Below are positions 1 through 9,761 of a DNA stretch of 64,000 nt, one piece after another. The DNA comes from Patescibacteria group bacterium. GTDB lineage: Bacteria; Patescibacteriota; Patescibacteriia; UBA9934. The DNA is taken from the NCBI GenBank assembly GCA_041659765.1, contig JBAZXR010000001.1, positions 531,338 to 595,337 on the forward strand, read 5' to 3'. Within the stretch, counting starts at the first letter, position 1, and each line of letters starts with the position of its first letter. The translations under genes and the position numbers were made by a program. Below the pieces are notes generated by a model that saw nothing but the letters and a program-made list of their open reading frames with translations, had not been told where the DNA came from and ran no database searches.

Positions 1-225
1 GCCACGCATGGTAGCCACACGGTTATCAACCACATCGCACCAGTCCACGTTTGGCTTGCCGGTCACACCAATAGCGTTCAAGACAGCGTCAGGCTGGTAC
101 TTCTTAATCTCGGCCAAAGCATCCTCGCGACTTGAAATACGCTGATCAGAAAGAATCGCGTCATCTCCCCACGCACCCTTAGCGCGTGCGCCTAGGAAGC
201 CCTTACCCAAGATTAAAATCCTCAT
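1..225 (-). CDS. NDP-sugar epimerase/reductase (RmlD / NRS-ER-like); only the N-terminal part is in the window
   Basis: Manual translation MRILILGKGFLG...NAIGVTGKPNVDWC; ATG overlaps the rmlB stop (ATGA). Confidence 0.8.
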   Translation of the reverse strand, partial: MRILILGKGFLGARAKGAWGDDAILSDQRISSREDALAEIKKYQPDAVLNAIGVTGKPNVDWCDVVDNRVATMRG

Positions 226-1241
226 ACTTTAATGTGTTCGTTGACGCCTTTTGATCGCTCTATTGCACGCGCAGCCCAATCCTGGTGCGCCAAGAACCAC
301 TCTACAGTCTCCTTCATACCCTGCTCAAATGTTTCGCGGCCATACTTAGGTTTCCAGCCGAGCTCGCGACGCAATTTTTCACTCGACAATGAATACCGGC
401 GGTCATGCGCAGGACGATCAGTCACATATGTCAGCAAATCTTCCGGCTTGCCGAGCATTTTCAAAATCATCTTGGCTAAATCAATATTCGCCCACTCGTT
501 GTCTGCGCCGATATTATAAACCCCGCCAAACTTTCCGCGCTCGAGAACGGCAAGAATGGCCGAACAATGGTCTTCAACATGCAGCCAATCGCGAACATAT
601 TTTCCGTCACCGTAGAGCGGAAGTTTTTCGTCGCGCAATGCACGCGTGATGAAAAACGGAATAATCTTTTCTGGAAAATGATACGGGCCGTAATTATTCG
701 CCGCGTGGGTGACAATCACCGGGAGGCCATAGGTTTGGTGATACGCGCGACACAGCAAATCCCCGCCAGCTTTACTGGCCGAGTACGGAGAATTCGGTTC
801 AAAGGTGTCAGTCTCCACTTTCGGAAAACCGGAATCAAGGTCTAACGCGCCATACACTTCGTCCGTCGAGATGTGTACGAACGCGGTGGTCTTATGTTTC
901 TTTACGGCTTCGAGCAAAACCTGAACGCCCTGCACGTTCGTTCGTACAAAGTCTGCAGCTCCCCCATGAATAGAACGATCAACATGCGTTTCTGCGGCGA
1001 AGTTGACGATGGCATCTGGCTTGAAATCTTCAAAAACTTTGTCGACAAATCCCGGAGCCGCAATATCGCCCTGTACAAACTTGTAGCGCGGATCCCCCTC
1101 GATGTCTTTCAAATTCTCCGGATTGCCCGCGTAGGTCAGAAGATCAAAGTTCAAAATCTGCACAAACCGGCGCTCGCGCAAAACATGGCGAACAAAGTTC
1201 GAGCCAATAAACCCCGCGCCTCCGGTAACGAGCAATTTCAT
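222..1241 (-). CDS. rfbB: dTDP-glucose 4,6-dehydratase
   Basis: GGAGFIG, AAETHVDRS, STDEVYG and YSASK motifs. Confidence 0.95.
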   Translation of the reverse strand: MKLLVTGGAGFIGSNFVRHVLRERRFVQILNFDLLTYAGNPENLKDIEGDPRYKFVQGDIAAPGFVDKVFEDFKPDAIVNFAAETHVDRSIHGGAADFVRTNVQGVQVLLEAVKKHKTTAFVHISTDEVYGALDLDSGFPKVETDTFEPNSPYSASKAGGDLLCRAYHQTYGLPVIVTHAANNYGPYHFPEKIIPFFITRALRDEKLPLYGDGKYVRDWLHVEDHCSAILAVLERGKFGGVYNIGADNEWANIDLAKMILKMLGKPEDLLTYVTDRPAHDRRYSLSSEKLRRELGWKPKYGRETFEQGMKETVEWFLAHQDWAARAIERSKGVNEHIKV

Positions 1242-1257
1242 ATCACCTGTTACGTTA

Positions 1258-1710
1258 CTAACCTTCTACTCGATCGTCAACTTCTGCGTAATGTTCGCCA
1301 TTTTTCATCCCCTCAAAAACAATCTTGAGCTTGGAAATGAGGTTGTCCGGCAAGGCGTCGTAACCGAACCAGCCGAGGTCATCGCACTTCTCCGGCTCAA
1401 TATTCTTCGGCTCCCCCTCCCACGCCTTGATTCTGAAGTACGCGTCGACTCTATCTCCGTCAGTCGCGAAAGGTCGGTGAAGTGTAAACACGAACTCCGC
1501 ATCTTCCGGCTTGATCGTAATGCCGAGTTCTTCGTGTGCCTCGCGTGCGACAGCTTCGCGAAGTGTCTGCCCGCCATCATGATGCCCGGCCGGCAAGCCG
1601 TACATACCATCCATGTATCCCGTATTAGCACGGCGCATCAAAAAAATCTGCCCGTCCCGCTCTAGAATCATGTACACGGCCACGATGCTTTTGAAGCGTT
1701 CTTTGGTCAT
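1258..1710 (-). CDS. NUDIX hydrolase
   Basis: Nudix box G..REAHEELG; start moved to MTKERF. Confidence 0.9.
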   Translation of the reverse strand: MTKERFKSIVAVYMILERDGQIFLMRRANTGYMDGMYGLPAGHHDGGQTLREAVAREAHEELGITIKPEDAEFVFTLHRPFATDGDRVDAYFRIKAWEGEPKNIEPEKCDDLGWFGYDALPDNLISKLKIVFEGMKNGEHYAEVDDRVEG

Positions 1711-1711
1711 A

Positions 1712-2287
1712 CTACAGCTTTGCCCGAATCTCATCAGCAACAGCTTGGAGCTCTTCCTTCACCGGGTGCGTCTTCACAAAACTGCGCACGTCGCCGTTAT
1801 AGCGGGGCATGATGTGGATGTGCGTGTGCAGCACTTCCTGGCCGGCGTCAAAGCCGTGATTCATGCCGAGGTTATAACCAGATGCGCCGACAGCTTTCAC
1901 AATCTTTGGCGCGAGGTCGTGGATTACTTTCATGAGCTCGAGGGAATCCTCGACGGAACCTGCGGCGAGATCGTTTGCATGGTTCTTCGGAATCACGAGC
2001 GTGTGGCCTTTTGCGACAGGGTTAATATCGAGGAAAGCGATAACCTTATCATTCTCGTAAATCTTAAGCGCGGGAATATTGCCAGCCACAATCTCACAGA
2101 AGATGCAGGACATAGTTTTTGGTTTAAAATTATTGGTTGAAAGAAAATAGAACAGCGCGGTCGCAAAGATGAGCCACGGAAACGGAAAGGCGTAACTCAC
2201 AAACCCCGGCGCACGCCATTCAATAAACAAGAAGACCGCGGTCGCGATGGCTGACACTTTAAAGGCAAAATCGTAAGTAGCTTTCAT
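1712..2287 (-). CDS. HIT family nucleotide hydrolase with an N-terminal hydrophobic extension (HIT core starts at 2113)
   Basis: CIFC, GHTLVIPK and HTHIH motifs. Confidence 0.85.
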   Translation of the reverse strand: MKATYDFAFKVSAIATAVFLFIEWRAPGFVSYAFPFPWLIFATALFYFLSTNNFKPKTMSCIFCEIVAGNIPALKIYENDKVIAFLDINPVAKGHTLVIPKNHANDLAAGSVEDSLELMKVIHDLAPKIVKAVGASGYNLGMNHGFDAGQEVLHTHIHIMPRYNGDVRSFVKTHPVKEELQAVADEIRAKL

Positions 2288-2288
2288 A

Positions 2289-3734
2289 TTACCAGATGAG
2301 GTCTTTCACGAATGCCTTGAGGGATGAGGCGAGCGAGCGGAACGTCAGGGGCGGTTTCTTGAAGGTGATGTCAATAGCGTGAATGTTCACTCCCCCGTCT
2401 TTTTCTTTCACGAGCGGCGCCGAAAGCACAAACTTGTAGGCTCCCCGTTCTTTGGCCAACGTTCTCAAATCGAATGTCGACGTCGCCACTCGCCAGTCAC
2501 CCTCTTTCATCTGCGGCGGGAAGTACGCGATCAATGCTTTAAAAGCCTCTGGCGCGGCGGTGAAGTTTGTAAACCCCGCGGGCTCTGGCGCGAAAAATAG
2601 CGCGTCAGCAAGCGCAAAGAACCCTTCACCCGTAACCTTCACGCTTCCTCCCGGAAGAATAATCGCCGAGATATCGCGCACTGCAGTGATGCCCGTCCGT
2701 TTGGCGCGCACGGTGTCTAGCGTGATAGGCGTAGCGCCAAAGATCGCGGAACCCAGCGCGTCCGCGGTAAGCGGTTCGACCGCAATCTTCTTAGCGTTTG
2801 TATTGAGAGCGACAGGACCAACATGCGCGGCGAGCGTGATGGAATTCTTAACGACCAGATAATTCTGTTTAGTAGTAAAAGTCGAAAACACCACGTCAGA
2901 CGTCCCCGAGAGCACGATGCGATATACACCTGCCGGCAAACCGTCAGGGGCGATCGTTACAGACTGGAGCGATCCCATTAAACCGTCAGCCGTGGCATTG
3001 CCGTCATCTGCAAATCCTTGTTCGGCAACCATCTCACCGTTCTTTGTGTAGACGCGAATTGCGCCTTCATCGGCACCGACGACTTGGTTCAGGTCAGACG
3101 CGTTAATGGTGATCTTCAGCGTCTCCCCATCTCCAATAGCCGTAAAAAGTTCATGCGGTCCCTGGAGCGAAAGAGAAAAAGTATGTTCTCTCTTTGAGCT
3201 CGTAGCTCCTCTGGGCGGGGCCCAGGGAAGTGCTGCCCGATAAACCCCAATTTCAGAATCCTTAATAGCTGAAGGGTCTGCACCCACAAATTCTTGGCGA
3301 ACAAAGGCATTGATATTTGCTCCGAGCTTGGCGACTGGTCTCCCCGTCCAGCCATTTGCCTCCAGATTTTCAACAACAGTATTAGCGAACGGGCGAAAAT
3401 CAAAAGCCTGAGCAAACAAATCCTTCAGCACGCCAAGCTCAAGGATGGCGTGACTGCCTGTGTTGAACGACAATTTCACGTCAGCCGTCTCCCAACCTCC
3501 TGGTGGAGCAAACACCGAAAAATAGACGGGCTCGTCGAGTAGCTTCACGGATCCATTTTCGACTTTGCCGACTCGCTCGCTCGGTAAAAGCGACTGAATA
3601 AAGGGCGAGGAATCGCCGACCACATAGCGGACCGTCTTCACGCCGGACAGTCCGAGATAATTATAAAGAAGACCGAGGAAGAGGATGATTGGAACGACAA
3701 CAACGCCTATTTTAACGAGCGGTGACTTTTTCAT
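2289..3734 (-). CDS. Membrane-anchored exported hypothetical protein
   Basis: N-terminal TM helix after MKKSPLVK; long beta-rich ORF in operon. Confidence 0.7.
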   Translation of the reverse strand: MKKSPLVKIGVVVVPIILFLGLLYNYLGLSGVKTVRYVVGDSSPFIQSLLPSERVGKVENGSVKLLDEPVYFSVFAPPGGWETADVKLSFNTGSHAILELGVLKDLFAQAFDFRPFANTVVENLEANGWTGRPVAKLGANINAFVRQEFVGADPSAIKDSEIGVYRAALPWAPPRGATSSKREHTFSLSLQGPHELFTAIGDGETLKITINASDLNQVVGADEGAIRVYTKNGEMVAEQGFADDGNATADGLMGSLQSVTIAPDGLPAGVYRIVLSGTSDVVFSTFTTKQNYLVVKNSITLAAHVGPVALNTNAKKIAVEPLTADALGSAIFGATPITLDTVRAKRTGITAVRDISAIILPGGSVKVTGEGFFALADALFFAPEPAGFTNFTAAPEAFKALIAYFPPQMKEGDWRVATSTFDLRTLAKERGAYKFVLSAPLVKEKDGGVNIHAIDITFKKPPLTFRSLASSLKAFVKDLIW

Positions 3735-5400
3735 GTGAGAATTTATACAGGGACTCTTCATGCATGGTTTCCACAAGCTCGATCTTGAGGCCAAGGGCTT
3801 TCAGTTTATCGCCATTCAGGTAGTCGAGGTCTGCCTGTGGGAACGTAATGCCAAAGTAATACGTTGGCACGTCTTTCACAAGTTCCGGCAGTGCAGCGTA
3901 AGTTTTATCATCGCGCAACGGAACAATTACTCGACGATACGGGAACAAATATTTGTCCGAACGATCAACTACGATCACCGATTCCGGCTCGGTCAAAGTC
4001 ATGATCCGCGCGCGTTTGCCAATGAACGAATCCATCGCGCGACGCGAGGCCAAGATGCCGTCGTGGCCGAAGAAGACGAGGTTTACATTCGCGGTGAGAC
4101 CGGCCAAGACGGCGAGGATGAGGACGAGGCGCGCAAGTACTCGAAGCAACCGTCGCGCACCCTGACCACCCTGAGACTCCCCCGTAGCATCCTCTTTGAA
4201 AGAGGGGGAATTCCCCAATACCCGCCAGAGTGACAACACGAAGTACGCGGCGAAGGGAATGGAGAGCGCGAAAATCGGTAGCCAATAACGGACGTGAGAA
4301 TTACCAATTGTCACCAAGTCGGTGTTTGGATTATCGAAAAAGTTCCAACTGCCATAGAATGCAAACAAAGAGCCTGCGACAAGAATCGAAATCACCGTCA
4401 ATGTTTTCCACGCTTTGTTTTTGTCGAATCTCCGCAGGACAAGGAGCAAGAAACCAAACACCGACGCGATCGTCATCCATGGATACAGCACGATGCCGTA
4501 GTTCCAAACATTGTTCATCACCGCGCGGGGATGAAAACCGAAAGGCGTCGCGGTAGGGGTCGACCCTTGCGTCGACCCTCCTTCGACAGCGATCGCAGGT
4601 GTAGTCGGTGGAATGTTGTACCCCGTCACCAAAGGAGATCCGTAGACCCAAGAATTCGAGGCACCGATAGCCAACCCCATGAGGCCTAACCCAAAAAGAA
4701 AGGACGCGATATTCCGCCAACCAATAATGTTGCGATAGGCGATAAGGAGGCCGAGAGCGATTGGCAAAACCCAGGCGGCTTCGCTCAACCGGAAGAAAAG
4801 TGCGGTGCCGACCATGATTCCCGAAAGCACGAACTCGAGCCGGCGGAATTCTCGAGTAAAGAGTGACCTTGTCCCGAACGGTCGGGCGACGGCAAAGAAC
4901 ACCGCAAAAATCAAGAAGTCGACAAACGCCACGTTGTGCATCATGACGCGCCCAGAAAAATACAAATAGGCGGGATGCGCCATTAGAAACAACGCCGATA
5001 GATCAGCTAATCCGTCATCCTCAAACACTTTCTGCAGGACGGCTCGAAAAGCCAAGACACCTAACAGGGCGAGCACTGGAGTTAATAAGAGTCCGCCGGC
5101 ATCGCCAAAGCCCATCATTAAGACACCGGCTAAAAGTGGCAGACCAAGAAAACTGCCGGGTACTAAAAATTCGCCCATCACCGCTACACTCCGCGGATGA
5201 ATGAGACCGCCAAGTTTTTCATTAAAGGTTTCGTGAACGGCCAAAGAACCAATGTCGGCAAACTGTTTAGCAAAAAAGAAGGCCGCATTTTCATCCGGGG
5301 AAACGAACACTCGCTCGCCGTAGGCGCTCAAGCACAAAGTCGAAACAAAAAAAGAAACAATTATCAGGCCCTTCAAAAAATCCTTTAAAAATCGGCTCAT
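3712..5400 (-). CDS. Polytopic membrane protein, GT-C / PMT-like glycosyltransferase
   Basis: DE motif after the first TM (SPDENA), many TMs, RYWLP motif. Confidence 0.7.
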   Translation of the reverse strand: MSRFLKDFLKGLIIVSFFVSTLCLSAYGERVFVSPDENAAFFFAKQFADIGSLAVHETFNEKLGGLIHPRSVAVMGEFLVPGSFLGLPLLAGVLMMGFGDAGGLLLTPVLALLGVLAFRAVLQKVFEDDGLADLSALFLMAHPAYLYFSGRVMMHNVAFVDFLIFAVFFAVARPFGTRSLFTREFRRLEFVLSGIMVGTALFFRLSEAAWVLPIALGLLIAYRNIIGWRNIASFLFGLGLMGLAIGASNSWVYGSPLVTGYNIPPTTPAIAVEGGSTQGSTPTATPFGFHPRAVMNNVWNYGIVLYPWMTIASVFGFLLLVLRRFDKNKAWKTLTVISILVAGSLFAFYGSWNFFDNPNTDLVTIGNSHVRYWLPIFALSIPFAAYFVLSLWRVLGNSPSFKEDATGESQGGQGARRLLRVLARLVLILAVLAGLTANVNLVFFGHDGILASRRAMDSFIGKRARIMTLTEPESVIVVDRSDKYLFPYRRVIVPLRDDKTYAALPELVKDVPTYYFGITFPQADLDYLNGDKLKALGLKIELVETMHEESLYKFSHEKVTAR

Positions 5401-5412
5401 AACGGCCGTATC

Positions 5413-6000
5413 CTACAAGGAATAGGTCACAACTGCAATAAAGGCAAAGACGAGCGAAATCCCGAGCGTTACCTCGCCAAAACTGATCATCCCAGGGTTA
5501 TTCGTCATGATACCAATGAGCAGTACGGTCATGCTCAGCACCTGTAAAATCATCTTTGTTTTGCCCCACCAGTTAGCCATCATGACCACCATCCCGCGTT
5601 TAGTACTGGCCCAAAGAATGGACGGCATGACGTCGAGCACCAGGGCCAGAATGATAATAATCGGATGGTAGTAATTGATCGCGACCAGCAAAGCCGTTCC
5701 ACCGATCAACAGCTTGTCAGCCAGCGGGTCGAAAAATATACCCCACGGAGTAATCTGATTACGGACGCGGGCAAGCGAACCATCAAGTGCGTCAGTGAAG
5801 GCTGCGAAGATAAAAGCTGGAACGGCGAGGGTAAAATAACCCTTCATAAAAAGATAAAAAATGACCGGCGTAAACAACAGCCGGAACGCCGTGACGTAAT
5901 TCGGCTTCACAAAAGCCGGGACAAACGGCAGCACAAGCGCCTTCATCACTTTGTCATGCGGATAGAGCTTTGGGGCTGTAGTTTGCACTGTTTCTTCCAT
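5413..6000 (-). CDS. CDP-alcohol phosphatidyltransferase (PgsA-like)
   Basis: D.LDG..AR...G...DPLADK motif. Confidence 0.9.
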   Translation of the reverse strand: MEETVQTTAPKLYPHDKVMKALVLPFVPAFVKPNYVTAFRLLFTPVIFYLFMKGYFTLAVPAFIFAAFTDALDGSLARVRNQITPWGIFFDPLADKLLIGGTALLVAINYYHPIIIILALVLDVMPSILWASTKRGMVVMMANWWGKTKMILQVLSMTVLLIGIMTNNPGMISFGEVTLGISLVFAFIAVVTYSL

Positions 6001-6019
6001 ACAAGTACCATCATTTTAC

Positions 6020-7990
6020 ATGTTTACCCGCTTTCTTCAAGCCATCATTTCCGCCGGTGCCGCCCTGGCTGTCTTTAGCATTCTAGCCACCGGAATGTAT
6101 TATGTCATGCCGGTAACAACCATCGGCCTGATTGTGTGTGCGGTGGCCGGCTCGGCGATCGTCGCCGTCATCCTGAGGAGCTCCGCGACGAAGGATCTGA
6201 TTGGCAGTGTCATCCCGATAACGGAGGGATCAGAACGGTTACCAATCAGATCCTTCGCTACGCTCAGGATGACTGCATTACTTTCAGTCTCCCTCCTCTC
6301 GCTCGGCCTCTGGTGGCACGCGGTGCTCACACATCCCATTCTCGAATCCGTACGGTCGCCGTGGCTGGTTATCAATTCGGCGAATTTGCTGTGGCTGTTT
6401 ATCCCGGCGGTTTGTGCGGCGGTTTTATTGATAGGAGGACGCGAGGACGGGGCGAGCCCCGTCCGTACAGCCGCGGGGTTCGGTGTAATCGTAATCACGT
6501 TATTTTCCGCGTTGTCATTTGCCGCTGCGGCATATCCCCTCGGTTTCGGTTTTGATCCGTTTCTGCATCGAGCGACCATCCAACATATCGCTGAGCATGG
6601 GACGATCACGCCGAAGCCGCTCTACTACATTGGCGAATATGTGATCGAATTGTTTGCGATGAAGGTGCTCCATTTGCCACTCATGTTGGTCGACGTATTC
6701 TTGGTGCCGCTCTTGGCGGCGACGTTGATTCCGGCGGCGGTGTTTTTGCGGGCGATACGCCAGGGCGGGGCAAGCCCCGCCCCTACCGCGGCGATTTTAT
6801 TATTTCTACCTATCGCCGCATTTGTCCAAACCACACCGCAGGCGTTGGCGTTCGTTTTTACAACGGTCGCGATATTGATCACGCAAAATACAAAAACCGA
6901 CAGCGGGGTTAAAAACCCCGCCTTCCCGATAATCCCATCGATCTTTGCCGTTGCGGCGCTGACCGCGCATCCGATTGCCGGACTCCTCGCCGTCTTCTTC
7001 GTCGTTTTGAATTTCTTGGCCGATAAGAAACGCGCGTGGTTCATCTGGACGTCCGTCTTGGCGACATTCGCCCTTCCCTTTGCATTTATTGCGCAGTCGT
7101 TCAAAGCACATCAGCCTTTTGGCATTCAAATCCCAGGGCTTCACGAAATTGCAGCCCTGCCCCTGTCCTCATTCTTTGGCACGCATTTCAACGCCTGGGG
7201 CGACACGGCGTATTTGGTGATCGGGAACATGTTCCTCGTCACGGTGACGATCGGGATTTTCGGTGCATGGCGAATGCACAAGGGGGCGCCGCAAGGGGCG
7301 TCCGTACGATGGATTCCCTTGATTTGCGCGGGGATTGCGTTTTCGAACTTCTTGATCTTGGGATTATTCTTTGAGTTCCCTTTCTTAATTTCGTACGAAC
7401 GGACGGATTTTGCGGCGCGGATGCTCACCCTGACGGTGTTGTTTTTGATGCCGTATATGCCGTACGCGATGACGCGTGCGAAGGGCGGGGCAAGCCCCGC
7501 CCTTACAGCGCGACGCGCGTTTGGTGTCGCCATTGTCGGCGTTGTATTTGTATCGTCGGTGTACGGCGCGTTCCCACGGTACGACGCATATGCATCTTCA
7601 GCGGGGTTCAATGTGACAAAGGCGGACTTTGACGCCGTTAAGGCCATCGAAGAATACGCCGCCGGACGGGATTACGTCGTTCTTGCGAACCAGGCCACAT
7701 CGTCCGCGGCCATCTCGACTCTCGGTTTCAAAAAATATTATCACGGCGACATCTACTTCTACCCTATCCCCACTGGCGGCCAGCTGTACCAACTCTATCT
7801 CGCCATGGCTGACAAACCGCGTGAAGCGATCATCGACAAAGCTCGTGCACTCACCGGCGCCCAACTGGTCTTCTTCGTCATGGACGATTATTGGTGGGAC
7901 TCCAAACGCGTCGTGGAACAAACAAAAACCATCACGGACATCACCTGGACCTTCGGCGACCACGAGGTGATGGTGATGGTGTTTGAGTAG
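6020..7990 (+). CDS. Polytopic membrane protein (possibly GT-C-like) carrying several in-frame palindromic inserts
   Basis: 656-aa hydrophobic ORF with GFDPFLH loop; inserts listed in findings. Confidence 0.7.
   Translation: MFTRFLQAIISAGAALAVFSILATGMYYVMPVTTIGLIVCAVAGSAIVAVILRSSATKDLIGSVIPITEGSERLPIRSFATLRMTALLSVSLLSLGLWWHAVLTHPILESVRSPWLVINSANLLWLFIPAVCAAVLLIGGREDGASPVRTAAGFGVIVITLFSALSFAAAAYPLGFGFDPFLHRATIQHIAEHGTITPKPLYYIGEYVIELFAMKVLHLPLMLVDVFLVPLLAATLIPAAVFLRAIRQGGASPAPTAAILLFLPIAAFVQTTPQALAFVFTTVAILITQNTKTDSGVKNPAFPIIPSIFAVAALTAHPIAGLLAVFFVVLNFLADKKRAWFIWTSVLATFALPFAFIAQSFKAHQPFGIQIPGLHEIAALPLSSFFGTHFNAWGDTAYLVIGNMFLVTVTIGIFGAWRMHKGAPQGASVRWIPLICAGIAFSNFLILGLFFEFPFLISYERTDFAARMLTLTVLFLMPYMPYAMTRAKGGASPALTARRAFGVAIVGVVFVSSVYGAFPRYDAYASSAGFNVTKADFDAVKAIEEYAAGRDYVVLANQATSSAAISTLGFKKYYHGDIYFYPIPTGGQLYQLYLAMADKPREAIIDKARALTGAQLVFFVMDDYWWDSKRVVEQTKTITDITWTFGDHEVMVMVFE
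6166..6273. repeat. CGTC-tagged inverted palindrome doublet inside a CDS
   Basis: CGTCATCCTGAG..GAAGGATCTGATTGG / CCAATCAGATCCTTCG..CTCAGGATGAC. Confidence 0.85.
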
Positions 7991-8012
7991 GATGGATTGG
8001 TCCTGATCAGGA

Positions 8013-8406
8013 TCCATCCTGAGCGCGAGCGAAGGATCAGACCCTCCCCTCCACCTCAGGAGAGCTCGACGAGCTTCTCAAACAGGTCTTCCCACTTCGG
8101 ATTCTTCGAGGTAACGAGCTCAGCCTTCCTCGCTCGGTTCCATCCCTTCAATTGTTTCTCTCGAAATAATGCCGTGTCTCGATCTGGAGTAGTTTCAAAA
8201 TAGACGAGCTTCACACAGTTATTCTTACTTGCAAATCCAGGCACGAGTTTATCTTTATGTTGCTGAATCCGTTCCGGCAATTGCGTGCTCATCCCAATAT
8301 ACAAAACATTGTTCGTTGGGCTCGCCATGATGTAGACGCCACATGAATCGTCATTCATACAATGCTTGGAGGTGAAAGTCTGACTCTTCGCTCTCGCTCA
8401 GAGTGG
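8013..8406. mobile_element. GIY-YIG gene enclosed by inverted palindromic repeats (candidate autonomous element)
   Basis: 8013-8042 and 8378-8406 are imperfect inverted copies of each other. Confidence 0.6.
8056..8358 (-). CDS. Small GIY-YIG nuclease (UPF0213/YhbQ-like)
   Basis: VYIM...LYIG..R..QH and REKQLKGWNR.K motifs. Confidence 0.9.
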   Translation of the reverse strand: MNDDSCGVYIMASPTNNVLYIGMSTQLPERIQQHKDKLVPGFASKNNCVKLVYFETTPDRDTALFREKQLKGWNRARKAELVTSKNPKWEDLFEKLVELS

Positions 8407-8430
8407 GGACCATGATAAATTCTCAAGCAT

Positions 8431-8506
8431 TCCATCCTGAGCCATGCGAAGGATCAAACTTTCACCGGTGAGGGTCGGACTCTTCGCGCTCGCTCAGAGT
8501 GGAGAC
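8431..8506. repeat. Empty palindromic doublet (miniature element) of the GIY-YIG-flanking family
   Basis: TCCATCCTGAGC..GCGAAGGATC / GACTCTTCGC..GCTCAGAGTGGAGAC. Confidence 0.85.
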
Positions 8507-8531
8507 CGGAATAATTCGCAAGCGATCCATC

Positions 8532-9761
8532 CTACCGCCCCACAATCATTCTCTCTTTCCGGTGCTTGATGGCTTCTGCACAAACACGCTCTAGTCGCTC
8601 TGCGTACTTCGGCAGCGAATAGTCGGCGACTGTTTTACTAGTCTCGTCGCGGCGCTGGGCGAATTCGTCCTTGCGTTGATCTAGGATTGTGAGCGCGCGC
8701 AAGAAGTCGCCTCGGTCGCCGGGGATAAACAGGAAGCCGTTTTTACCTTCCTCCACCAGTTCGCCCACGCCGCCAATTCTCGAAGCCAGAATCGGCAAAC
8801 CAGCCTGGAGGCCTTCGTAAATAACCGTTGGAGAATTCTCGTAACACAGGCTCGGCACGACGAGTGCGTCAACAACTCCAAACACGTTCACAATCTCCCC
8901 CGGCGGCATGTAACCCAAGTAAGTGATGCGTTCGTTTTCGCTGGCGTGCTTCTCTGTCCACTTTCTGAGCACCCCGTCACCCGCAATCATGAGGCGCGCA
9001 TCAATCGGCAAGGTCGAAATAGCGTCGACCAAAAAGGCTAGACCCTTATGCTGGGCGAGCTGGCCCACGAACAAAAGTTTCAGCGGTCCGCCAGAACGGC
9101 CTTTCTTTGGCGAAATATCATAGGTCGGTGCCGGGTTAGGCATCACCTCAATGTTAGTACCCGTGAAAAAGCCGGACCGGCGATACATGCGCTCAAGATA
9201 ATGCGACGGCGAAATAACGACGTCCGGATTCTTAAATTTAGCGCGACAAAAAAGCTGGTACACCTTATAGAACGGTTTAATGAACCACGGCGTCTGCTCT
9301 TTACCGAACATGACGAGGCCGGAGGGAACGATAAGCTGCAAATCGTGAATCACGTGCACATGCGGAATCTTCATCTGACGCATGACCTTCGGAATAGACA
9401 GGCCGAGTCCTTTTAGGTTATGCGTAATGACCACGTCCGGCTGTTCATTAACCATAACCTTGCGCACCACCTCCGCTCCATGTCCAGAGAAGCCGTCTAT
9501 TAGATGCCAAAATAATCTGATGAGCCACGGATATTTATAATCGTTCAACGTGAAGTACAAATTGCGCGGATAAAAACGATAAACACGCTCAACCGTTGAG
9601 CGATCCAAAATAATTCCCCTCCCTTCAGAGCGCGGCTGGCCGGTAATCACAAACACGTCATGTCCACGAGCCAGGAGTTCCTGGACCGTGCGAACAATGA
9701 CCGTTTCAGCTCCCCCGCGGGCGTGGGGCGGATAGAGATTTGTAATGATTCCTATCTTCAT
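8532..9761 (-). CDS. Glycosyltransferase family 4
   Basis: YPP..GGAE, GQL..KG and ENSP..IYE motifs. Confidence 0.9.
   Translation of the reverse strand: MKIGIITNLYPPHARGGAETVIVRTVQELLARGHDVFVITGQPRSEGRGIILDRSTVERVYRFYPRNLYFTLNDYKYPWLIRLFWHLIDGFSGHGAEVVRKVMVNEQPDVVITHNLKGLGLSIPKVMRQMKIPHVHVIHDLQLIVPSGLVMFGKEQTPWFIKPFYKVYQLFCRAKFKNPDVVISPSHYLERMYRRSGFFTGTNIEVMPNPAPTYDISPKKGRSGGPLKLLFVGQLAQHKGLAFLVDAISTLPIDARLMIAGDGVLRKWTEKHASENERITYLGYMPPGEIVNVFGVVDALVVPSLCYENSPTVIYEGLQAGLPILASRIGGVGELVEEGKNGFLFIPGDRGDFLRALTILDQRKDEFAQRRDETSKTVADYSLPKYAERLERVCAEAIKHRKERMIVGR

Noticed and set aside
7997-8203. 68-aa plus-strand ORF
   Set aside because: Made of a palindromic repeat plus the antisense of the GIY-YIG gene.
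8013-8506. Possible CRISPR array or classical IS
   Set aside because: Units are inverted rather than direct with unique spacers; no cas gene or DDE/HUH transposase.
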